64,000 nucleotides of DNA from Planctomycetota bacterium (GTDB taxonomy: Bacteria > Planctomycetota > Phycisphaerae > Phycisphaerales > Phycisphaeraceae), in the NCBI GenBank assembly GCA_024279275.1, contig JAJRRS010000128.1, positions 2,121-66,120 of the forward strand, given 5' to 3'. The notes below the pieces were generated by a model, which saw only the letters and a list, made by a program, of their open reading frames with translations, was not told where the DNA came from and made no database searches. How positions within the stretch are numbered: position 1 is the stretch's first letter; every line of letters begins with the position of its first letter. The translations under genes and the position numbers were made by a program. Positions 8,989 to 16,825 of this stretch are shown piece by piece.

Positions 8989-9398
8989 TACGCACCCCCA
9001 ACCACCCATCATCCAACACAATATCAATCCCCCCCCCAACGCCGCCCCTGATCGCAGCAAAGCGGCGGGTATCCCCACCCTCCTCAGAACCCTCCCCCGT
9101 TTAGCCCGGTCGCCCGCGACCGGCTCCCCCCTCCCCCACGAAGCGCCGCGACTTGTCGCGCTCCCCCATCCCCACCCCACGCACCCACTCCACGCTTGCG
9201 GTTTAGCGCCCCTCTTCACCCCAGCACGCAAACCCCTCCCCCTCCCCACATCATCAATCAGCAACCGCAGGTCCGCGAAGCGAAATCACAATTCATACAT
9301 CTCCCCCCACCCCCTCCTCACCTCAGCAATCAGCACTCACACCTCAGACCTCCCCCACTTGGCCCAACCCCCCTCCCCCCGCTAGACTGATACACACC
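8989..9398 (+). repeat. Mosaic repeat cluster: A 9038-9076, C 9099-9123, B 9137-9160, an extra GTTTAGC at 9201, D-type heptads 9246-9350
   Basis: Each module matches copies in the 13.1, 15.0-15.8 and 16.8-17.7 kb clusters. Confidence 0.85.
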
Positions 9399-9471
9399 GG
9401 CCCTGTAGCCCAATGGCAGAGGCACGCGACTTAAAATCGCGCCAGTGTGGGTTCGAGTCCCACCAGGGCCA
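9399..9471 (+). tRNA. tRNA, 73 nt, class I cloverleaf, anticodon UAA by manual fold (isotype uncertain)
   Basis: Acceptor GGCCCTG/CAGGGCC, D arm GCC..GGC with GG in the loop, anticodon stem CGCGA/TCGCG with loop CTTAAAA, 5-nt variable region, T arm GTGGG-TTCGAGT-CCCAC, discriminator A. CCA is not encoded. Confidence 0.75.
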
Positions 9472-9580
9472 TTCACCTCCTTATGCCAATCCCGAACAGA
9501 ACTCGTACGTCAGCGGAATCCCCTCCCCGAACCGTTCACCGATATCCGCCAACCTCCGATATCCGTCAACCCAGGCCCGA

Positions 9581-9621
9581 CGTTTAGCGGCGGATCGCAG
9601 ATCCACGCGTTGGCCTAACGG
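9581..9621 (+). repeat. REP-like module J, second copy
   Basis: CGTTTAGCGGCGGATCGCAGATCCACGCGTTGGCCTAACGG, compared with 1347-1388. Confidence 0.85.
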
Positions 9622-9890
9622 GACAATCGCCCCCCCCCACATAACGTGTGTCCGGGGGCAACCGCAAAAGATTTAACGGGATTGGCATTAAAGCCTTGTC
9701 GATTCAAGACGCACCCATCAGACGTCCGATAATGTTTGCTCGCGGCAGGCTTGCCTATCTTCACACCCCAAGAACTTTGCCAAATAATATTTTCACTCAT
9801 ATCTTAATTGATAACAAGTGGTTATATGACTTTTGCACGCCCAACAACCCCTTCTTTCCCATCATGGGGGGTGTAATTTCAGAGAAAGGG

Positions 9891-9898
9891 TGTATAAT
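9891..9898 (+). promoter_or_regulatory. Candidate extended -10 promoter element TGTATAAT
   Basis: A perfect TGnTATAAT lies 70 nt upstream of the ATG at 9969, in an AT-rich stretch. No clear -35 element is present. Confidence 0.25.
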
Positions 9899-9968
9899 TC
9901 ACCTGTTGTAAAAGGAGGGGACTTCGCATCCGTAAACTCTATTAGCGTGGAGTGAAGGAGAAGTCCTG

Positions 9969-10859
9969 ATGACTGGTCAAATTAGTGCCCCACGGTCGCG
10001 CAATAGCTGCGTCCGTACCCTGTCGCTCACTGCGGCAATTCTCACAACCGGATTCTTAACGGCCAACGCCGCGCAAGCGGATGTCTATGGCTTTGAGTGG
10101 GATCGCCCCGCCGTATTCGACGGCAATGCCGGGCCTATCTATGTCAGTGATGAAGCAGGTGTCATCACCAGTATCACCACCCAATACAACTCTGACACCC
10201 AGAGCCTCTCCTTCGTCGCCGCCTTCGAGCCAGAACCCGGCACGGGCCAACTCCCCGTCGGCTTCTTCCTCGTTCTCAACAACGGCCCGATGCCCATCGG
10301 CATGGACGGCGAGTTCGCCATCCTGTACTTCGATGCCATCACCGGCGCCGCACCCACCGTCACCGCCTACGCCTACAACGGCGAAAACGGTGCAGACTCC
10401 TTCTTCGACGGGGCCGCAGCACCCGGCAACCAGGCTCCCGACCCCATCGTCTCATCGATCAACGACCCCTCCTTTGTTACCGCCGCCTCCAGCGTCGATG
10501 GCCCAGGCGGACGCGTCCTCTCCTTCACCATCGACACCACCGCCATCAACGCACACAACCCGCTCTACGGCAACGCCGTAGACTGGCAAGGCATCGGCTT
10601 CGATGAAAACATCGGCGTCTGGTTCCACCCCTACTCGAACTTGAACCCAGCCTACGGCCAAGACGGCTTCCTCCTACCCGACCCCTCCGGCGCAAGCTGG
10701 CTCACCTGGGGCCAATACCCCGACCAGGGCGAACAGTTCCACGGCTGGCTCGACGCGACCAACCAGCAATCCAACGTACTCATCCCTGAACCCGCCAGCC
10801 TCACCCTGATCGGCCTGGGCGCCATCGCACTCACAACCAGAGGCCGTCGCAACGCATAA
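9969..10859 (+). CDS. PEP-CTERM sorting-domain secreted protein, function unknown
   Basis: Signal peptide (LTAAILTTGFLTANAAQA). The C-terminus is IPEPASLTLIGLGAIALTTRGRRNA. Confidence 0.75.
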   Translation: MTGQISAPRSRNSCVRTLSLTAAILTTGFLTANAAQADVYGFEWDRPAVFDGNAGPIYVSDEAGVITSITTQYNSDTQSLSFVAAFEPEPGTGQLPVGFFLVLNNGPMPIGMDGEFAILYFDAITGAAPTVTAYAYNGENGADSFFDGAAAPGNQAPDPIVSSINDPSFVTAASSVDGPGGRVLSFTIDTTAINAHNPLYGNAVDWQGIGFDENIGVWFHPYSNLNPAYGQDGFLLPDPSGASWLTWGQYPDQGEQFHGWLDATNQQSNVLIPEPASLTLIGLGAIALTTRGRRNA

Positions 10860-11070
10860 ACAACAACACCCCCGGCACAGGCCGATTCATCGGCCGCCTC
10901 CTGCCGCTCGCGGCTTCGCGTAGTCCAGAACCACACGCAACAAAGGGATTCTTGAACACCCGCCAACATAGATAATTTTCCGATCTGCTAGTTTCGATCG
11001 GTGTAGTTTGCTAGGGATCTGGACAGGCTTATCCTCCCAGGTAGGTCCGACCAGATGCCCAACCCACAAA

Positions 11071-11109
11071 CGTTTCGGGTGTGTTGCACAGCCACCCGAA
11101 GCGTTTTTT
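11071..11109 (+). terminator. Rho-independent terminator with no adjacent plus-strand CDS
   Basis: CGTTTCGGGTG-(11-nt loop)-CACCCGAAGCG forms an 11-bp stem, followed by TTTTTT. The nearest plus-strand stop is 210 nt upstream. Confidence 0.65.
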
Positions 11110-11158
11110 CATGCGCCCATCAACCACGAGTGCCGTGTAATTTAACCGTGCGAGTTAT

Positions 11159-11183
11159 GTTTAGCCGCCGCGGCCACGCGGCG
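11159..11183 (+). repeat. REP-like module L: GTTTAGC + hairpin CGCCGCG-GCCA-CGCGGCG
   Basis: A reverse-complement copy lies at 56240-56264. Confidence 0.8.
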
Positions 11184-11261
11184 TATTCGATGCACTAAAC
11201 TGACCACCCGAACCATTAATGCATCGTTGCGAACGATAGTGAATCAGCTCAATCTCCCCTT

Positions 11262-11293
11262 AACAAAAAAAAGCGACCCATCAAGGATCGCTT
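11262..11293 (-). terminator. Rho-independent terminator of tRNA-Ala
   Basis: The minus strand reads AGCGATCC-TTGAT-GGGTCGCT followed by TTTTTTTT. Confidence 0.65.
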
Positions 11294-11327
11294 TTCGTTG
11301 TTTTATGGGTCCAAAACCCGTATTAAG

Positions 11328-11400
11328 TGGAGCTGACAGGGATCGAACCTGCGACCTTCTGTATGCCATACAGACGCTCTCCCAACTGAGCTACAGCCCC
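11328..11400 (-). tRNA. tRNA-Ala (anticodon GGC)
   Basis: The reverse complement is GGGGCTGTAGCTCAGTTGGGAGAGCGTCTGTATGGCATACAGAAGGTCGCAGGTTCGATCCCTGTCAGCTCCA. It has the G3:U70 Ala identity pair and anticodon loop ATGGCAT. Confidence 0.92.
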
Positions 11401-11574
11401 ATAGTGTCCCTCCCGGCGCGGGAAGTATAAGCCCCACAGCCCCCCGCAGCAACCCGATCCCCCCCGCCTCCAGCGACCCAGAAGCCTCCAATACCGTCAT
11501 CTATCGACCAGATCACCCTATTACACAACCACCCCGGATGTGCTATCATTTAATGCTCGGCTGAATCTGTCCTC

Positions 11575-12339
11575 ATGGAGACCCGCGTGTCGCTTCAAGA
11601 AAAGCTGTACGACTTATTTCTGCTGGATCAACAGGTGCGAGGTCTAAGGACCCGCCTCGATGCAGCCACCCGCAGGCTCACCCTACAAGACAAGAAACTA
11701 GGCCAACTCCGCCAGCAACAAGCAGAGCTGGCCGACCAGTTCAAGCACGCCCAGGCCGAAGTCTCCACGCTCGAGCACCAGTCCAACGACGCCGAAGAAC
11801 GTGTCACCAAGCTGCGCGAGCAGATGAACAGCGTCCGCAACAACAAAGAATACTCAGCCATGCTCGTCGAGGTGAACACCCTCAAGGACGAAAAAAGCAA
11901 GCTCGAAGACCAGGCCCTTGCAAAGATGTCCACCTCAGACGACCTCAAACAACGACTCGAAGACGTCAAGACCCAGGCCGACACCCAGGCCAAGCTCGTT
12001 GAATCCGCCAAAACCGAGGTCATAAACGCCAAGAACGAAGTCGGCGTCCAACTCAACGACGCCACCGAAAAACGTGAAGCAGCCGCCTCACTCATCCCCG
12101 CCGACATCCTCGCCACCTTCGAACGACTCGCCGACCACTACGACGGCGAAACCATGGGCCAAATCGAAGAGCAGGACAGACGACGCCGTGAATACACCTG
12201 CAACGGCTGCTATATGGAACTACCCATCGAACGCGTTAACGCCGTTATGGTCAAGCCCGACACTTTAGTCACCTGCCCAAGCTGCAACCGCTTCCTGTAT
12301 ATCAAGCAGGAACTCAAAGCCGAGATCGGCGCAAAATAA
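11575..12339 (+). CDS. Coiled-coil protein with C-terminal C4 zinc ribbon (COG1579/DUF164-like)
   Basis: Long heptad-rich region, then CNGCYMELP...CPSCNRFLY. Confidence 0.75.
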   Translation: METRVSLQEKLYDLFLLDQQVRGLRTRLDAATRRLTLQDKKLGQLRQQQAELADQFKHAQAEVSTLEHQSNDAEERVTKLREQMNSVRNNKEYSAMLVEVNTLKDEKSKLEDQALAKMSTSDDLKQRLEDVKTQADTQAKLVESAKTEVINAKNEVGVQLNDATEKREAAASLIPADILATFERLADHYDGETMGQIEEQDRRRREYTCNGCYMELPIERVNAVMVKPDTLVTCPSCNRFLYIKQELKAEIGAK

Positions 12340-12417
12340 CCACCCACGGGCTGACCTCGTCCCTACGACTCGGCAACCCACACAACCTTCAACCATAATA
12401 TCCGGGAAAATATCACC

Positions 12418-13131
12418 TTGAAACTCACGATCCACTTCGATGGCGGCTCGCGAGGCAACCCAGGCCCAGCATCCGCTGGCGTCGTTATCATCGCATCAGA
12501 CACCGGCAAACCCCTACACGAAGCCGGCTACTTCCTGGGCAAATGCACCAACAACGTCGCCGAATACCAGGGCCTCCTCCACTCCCTCGAACAAGCCAAG
12601 ACTCTCAAAGGCACCTCCCTCGATATCTACAGCGACTCCCAGCTCCTCGTCCGCCAGATCACCGGCCAATACCGCGTCAAATCCCCAGACCTAAAGCCAC
12701 TCTACCAGGAAGCCATCAAACGCCTCCACACATTCGACGACTGGAAAATCCAGCACATCCTCCGCGATAAAAACCAACGGGCCGATGAATTAGCCAACCT
12801 CGCCATGGACCACAAAGCCGACATCACCGCCGACACCCCACCCGCAACCTCCACTCCCAACTCAAGCCTCACCCCTCACCCCTCAACCCTCTCCACCACC
12901 CCCTGCTGGTCCGCCAAACTCACCGGCAAAGACGGCAAATGCATCGCCGGCTGCTCCACACGCAACGAATACACCTTCGGCCCAACCACCCCCGACGGCT
13001 TCTGCGTACACGCCACCCAAGCCATGCTCAACGACGGCCCACTCCAATGGAACCCCAAAAAACGCTCCGGAACCTCCCGCTGCCCAGCCTGCAACCTCAA
13101 CATTCAGATCAACATCATCCACCGCGGATAA
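12418..13131 (+). CDS. RNase HI-family domain fused to a Cys-rich C-terminal domain (TIGR04076-like)
   Basis: TTG start. IHFDGGSRGNPGPASAGVVI, NNVAEYQGLLHSLE, IYSDSQLLVRQ and NQRADELAN are RNase H motifs. The C-terminal region has CIAGCS...TPDGFCVHA...CPAC. Confidence 0.8.
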   Translation: MKLTIHFDGGSRGNPGPASAGVVIIASDTGKPLHEAGYFLGKCTNNVAEYQGLLHSLEQAKTLKGTSLDIYSDSQLLVRQITGQYRVKSPDLKPLYQEAIKRLHTFDDWKIQHILRDKNQRADELANLAMDHKADITADTPPATSTPNSSLTPHPSTLSTTPCWSAKLTGKDGKCIAGCSTRNEYTFGPTTPDGFCVHATQAMLNDGPLQWNPKKRSGTSRCPACNLNIQINIIHRG

Positions 13132-13474
13132 GCCCCCATCCCCCCTCAACCTCATCACCAACTCCCAACGCCGCCCCCTGAGCGCAGCGAAGGGGCGGAT
13201 CTCGCCTCCAAAACACTCTCTCCTGACCTTCCCCCACGAAGCGCCGCGACTTGTCGCGTCCCCTCTCCCCCATTTAGCCCGGTCGCTCGCGACCGGCTCC
13301 CCTCCCCACATCATAAATCGGGGCCTCTGAATAACCTCGGCGGAGGCTGATTTAGCAGCCGTGATTGCACGGAATCACACTCACTGAAGGGTTATTCAGA
13401 GATCCCAATCATCAATCACACATCATAAATCCCCCTCCTCCCCCCTCAAATACACATCGCTTTTAGCCGAACCT
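13132..13474 (+). repeat. Mosaic repeat cluster: A 13167-13202, B 13235-13258, C variant 13272-13296, D 13305-13320 and 13405-13435, unique 12-bp inverted repeat 13325-13336/13389-13400
   Basis: Module matches to the other clusters. The inverted-repeat arms are CTCTGAATAACC and GGTTATTCAGAG. Confidence 0.8.
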
Positions 13475-13513
13475 GTGATTACAATAGAGCTTAGCCCCAC
13501 CCAAGGATCTGCC

Positions 13514-13903
13514 ATGCTTATCCGTAAACCCAGCGACACCCAATCCCGAGTCATGGACATGCCCGGCGCATCAGGCGTCACCATGAAACTCATGGTCGGC
13601 TCAGACGACGGCGCACCCAACTTCGCCATGCGCATCTTCGAGGTTCAGCCCGGCGGACACACCCCTCGCCACCAGCACAACTACGAACACGAAATCATCA
13701 TCCTCGAAGGCCACGCCCACGTCGGCACCAGCGATGACGAATCCCAAGATACCACCGCCCAAGCCGGCGACGTCCTCTTCATCCCCGCCAACCAGACCCA
13801 CCAGTTCCGCAACACCAGCCAAAACGTCCTGAAGTTCATGTGCATGGTCCCCACCGAATTTGACTGCGCCGGCTCCACCGAACCTACTCCCGGCTCGTTC
13901 TAA
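13514..13903 (+). CDS. Cupin domain protein
   Basis: GGHTPRHQHNYEHEIIILEG and GDVLFIPANQTHQFRN, the two cupin motifs. The ATG at 13514 follows an AAGGA RBS. Confidence 0.8.
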   Translation: MLIRKPSDTQSRVMDMPGASGVTMKLMVGSDDGAPNFAMRIFEVQPGGHTPRHQHNYEHEIIILEGHAHVGTSDDESQDTTAQAGDVLFIPANQTHQFRNTSQNVLKFMCMVPTEFDCAGSTEPTPGSF

Positions 13904-14005
13904 TCGCCGATGAATATATTACCCACCAGCTTTGACGCATCCGACCGCGACAACGACAAGTAGCCCTCAACCCGGTTTTGTTTCTTTTTCGATAAGGGTC
14001 AACAC

Positions 14006-15037
14006 ATGCCCAATCAGCCCGCCAAACGCCGTAACTTCTTCGCCACATCCGACGGCATCTTCGTCGCATCTGCACTCCTGATGACCGCCTCCGCTGTCGT
14101 CGCGCTCACCGCCTCCGTCGTACTCGCCAAGGTCACCTTCCAGGACCACGCCACCGAACTACTCTCACAATACGCCGCCTACATCTTCAGCATCCTCCTC
14201 GCCATGGCCAGCCTCTTCGCTCTCATCGCCGGCGCAGTCCGCTGCGGGGTCTACGGCCGAGCCGGCGCACCCGCCCCCCAATCCGCCAACGACTCCGGCG
14301 ACGTCCTCACACAACTACAGATCATCTCCGACCGCATGCTCCTAAGCGACACCGCCAAACGCATCGCATACCGCCAGGAAGACGTCAACGCACTCCGCGA
14401 AGCCATCGCCGACGACATCAAACGCAAAGACTTCGACGCCGCTCTCGTCCTCGTTCAGGAAATGAGCCAGACCTTCGGCTACCGCGAGGAGTCCGAAGAA
14501 TTCCGCGAACAAATCATGGCCGCACGCAGCACCGTCATCGATGCACGCCTCACCGTCCTCCTCCAACGCCTCGACCAGATCATCGCCGCACACGACTTCC
14601 CACAAGCACTCTCAGACGCCCTGAAAATCATGCGGATCTACCCCGACCAGGTCCGCGTCCAAAACCTCGACCAGATCGTCAACCAAGCCCAGGAAACCTA
14701 CAAACACCAGATCGAACGCGACTTCCTCGCCGCCGCTCAGAAAGACGACGTCGACGGCGCTATCGCACTGCTCACAGAACTCGACGCCTTCCTCACCGAA
14801 CGCGAAGCAGAACCCTTCCGCGAAGTCGCAAGAGGCGTCATCGGCAAAAAACGCGACAACCTCGGCGTACAATTCAAGATGGCCGTCCACGACAAGGAAT
14901 GGCTCAAGTCCATCCGCGTCGGCGAACAAATCATCAAAGAATTCCCCAACACACGCATGGCCGAAGAAGTACGCGAACGCCTGGACCAACTCCGCGAACG
15001 CGCCGCCGGCCAACAAGCCGCCCAACAAGCCCGCTAA
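14006..15037 (+). CDS. Hypothetical membrane-anchored helical protein
   Basis: Two N-terminal hydrophobic helices and a long helical C-terminal region. Codon usage is consistent with the neighbours. No family recognised. Confidence 0.6.
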   Translation: MPNQPAKRRNFFATSDGIFVASALLMTASAVVALTASVVLAKVTFQDHATELLSQYAAYIFSILLAMASLFALIAGAVRCGVYGRAGAPAPQSANDSGDVLTQLQIISDRMLLSDTAKRIAYRQEDVNALREAIADDIKRKDFDAALVLVQEMSQTFGYREESEEFREQIMAARSTVIDARLTVLLQRLDQIIAAHDFPQALSDALKIMRIYPDQVRVQNLDQIVNQAQETYKHQIERDFLAAAQKDDVDGAIALLTELDAFLTEREAEPFREVARGVIGKKRDNLGVQFKMAVHDKEWLKSIRVGEQIIKEFPNTRMAEEVRERLDQLRERAAGQQAAQQAR

Positions 15038-15773
15038 CCCCATCTTCACCTGACACCACCACCCCAAAGCCGCAGGCTGCGAAGCTGCCGCGGATCTCCC
15101 CACGTTTCTCCCTCACCATCTCCCCCCTCCTAACGCCGCCCCTGAGCGCAGCGAAGATGCGGGTATCCCCCCACCACCAAAATACTGACCTTCCCCACGA
15201 AACGCCGCAACGTGTCGCGTCCCCCCTCCCCCGTTTAGCCCGGTCGCCCGCGACCGGCTCCCCTCCTCACATCATCAATCATAAATCAACAACCATAGGC
15301 CACCGAAGCTAAATCATAAATCCCCCTCCCCCACGAAACGCCGCGCCCCGGCACGCCTTTCCCTATTCCAAATCTGCGTCATCTGCGCAATCTGCGGACA
15401 CCTCCCCCTCCCCTCTTCACATCAGCAATCATAAATCACAATTCATACCTCCCCCTCCCCACATCAGCACTCAGCAATCACACATCAGCACTCCCCCCCC
15501 ACCCCCAACGCCGCCCCTGAGCGCAGCGAAGGGACGGGTATCCCCCCACCCCCGTTTACCTCAATCACTCACGCCCTGCCACGCCTTTCCCTATTCCAAA
15601 TCTGCGTCATCTGCGCAATCTGCGGACACATCCCCTCCCCACATCAGCAATCATAAATCACAATTCATACCTCCCCTCCCCCTCCTCACCTCAGCACTCA
15701 GCAACCGCAACTCCGCAAAGCGATATCTTCTCTCCACCGTGCAACTCCCTCCCACATCGCTACACTGTCCGCC
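15038..15773 (+). repeat. Largest mosaic repeat array: A 15132-15170 and 15507-15546, B 15196-15219 and partial 15332-15345, C 15233-15257, E 15351-15401 and 15580-15629, many D heptads
   Basis: A 735-bp gene-free interval composed almost entirely of modules separated by C-rich CCCCTCCCC linkers. It contains an internal ~100-bp duplication (15352-15454 vs 15580-15675). Confidence 0.9.
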
Positions 15774-16802
15774 ATGCCCACAACCCACCAAGCCGTCTTG
15801 ATACCCGGCGACGGCATCGGCCCCGCCGTCTCCGCCGCCGTTCTCAAAATACTCAAAGCCGCCGACGCTCCCGTCGCCTTCCACCAGCACCACGCCGGCA
15901 TCGCCGCCCTTGCAGACTCCGGCGAAGTCCTACCCCAGTCCACCATCGACGCCGTCCGTGAGCACCACGTCGCACTCAAAGGCCCATGCACCACGCCCGT
16001 CGGCAAAGGCTTCTCCTCCGTCAACGTCCAACTACGCAAAAAACTCGACCTCTACGCCGCCATCCGACCCGTCCGCAGCCTCCCAGGCGTCCCCACCCGC
16101 TACACAGACGTAGACCTCGTCATCTTCCGTGAAAATACCGAAGGCCTCTACTCCGGCATCGAAAACGAAATCACCGACGGCGTCGTCACCAGCCTCAAAA
16201 TCGCCACCCGAACCGCCTGCACTCGCATCGCTCAGCGGGCTTTCGAGTACGCCAAAAAACGTGACCGTAAAAAAGTCACCGTCTTCCACAAAGCCAACAT
16301 CCTCAAACTCAGCGACGGCCTCTTCCTCGACTGCGTCGAAAAAGTACACGACGAACAGTTCCCCGACATCCCCTACGAAACCCAAATCATCGACGCCGGC
16401 TGCATGAAGCTCGTACAGGACCCCACCCAGTTCGACCTCCTACTAATGGAAAACCTCTACGGCGACGTCATCTCTGACCTCACCGCAGGACTCGTCGGCG
16501 GCCTCGGCGTCGTCCCCGGATCTAACATCGGAGAGACCGACGCCGTCTTCGAAGCAGTCCACGGCAGCGCACCAGACATCGCAGGCAAAGGCATCGCAAA
16601 CCCCCTCGCCCTACTCATGTCCGCCGTCATGATGCTCAACCACCTCGCCGAATCACGCAAAGATGACCGCTGCCTCACCGCCGCCAACGCCATCAAAAAT
16701 GCCTACAACAAAGCTCTTGAGGACAACCAAAAAACCGGCGACCTCGGCGGCAACCTCAACACCGACCAATTCGCCAACGCCGTCATCCAACGACTCACCT
16801 AA
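15774..16802 (+). CDS. Isocitrate/isopropylmalate dehydrogenase family protein (NAD-dependent IDH-like)
   Basis: LIPGDGIGPAV, NVQLRKKLDLYAAIRP, FRENTEGLYSG, NLYGDVISDL and HGSAPDIAGKGIANP motifs. Confidence 0.9.
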   Translation: MPTTHQAVLIPGDGIGPAVSAAVLKILKAADAPVAFHQHHAGIAALADSGEVLPQSTIDAVREHHVALKGPCTTPVGKGFSSVNVQLRKKLDLYAAIRPVRSLPGVPTRYTDVDLVIFRENTEGLYSGIENEITDGVVTSLKIATRTACTRIAQRAFEYAKKRDRKKVTVFHKANILKLSDGLFLDCVEKVHDEQFPDIPYETQIIDAGCMKLVQDPTQFDLLLMENLYGDVISDLTAGLVGGLGVVPGSNIGETDAVFEAVHGSAPDIAGKGIANPLALLMSAVMMLNHLAESRKDDRCLTAANAIKNAYNKALEDNQKTGDLGGNLNTDQFANAVIQRLT

Positions 16803-16825
16803 CCCCCCCCAGTTTGCCCCTCCCC

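Noticed and set aside
8431-9264. ORFs running through the 9-kb repeat cluster (8431-9264 minus, 8433-9104 plus), and a similar one at 17499-18368.
   Set aside because: They are open only because the repeat modules are stop-poor. They give low-complexity translations and have no RBS or start context.
9472-9968. Integrated element or genomic islet at the 3-prime end of the atypical tRNA, suggested by the AT-rich stretch.
   Set aside because: There is no integrase or other CDS, and I found no direct repeat of the tRNA 3-prime end downstream. The stretch more likely holds the promoter and leader of the 9969 gene.
15038-15773. Possible CRISPR array, because of many short repeats with intervening sequence.
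   Set aside because: There is no single constant repeat of 24-40 nt alternating with unique spacers. The units are heterogeneous modules that recur elsewhere as singletons, and no cas genes are present.
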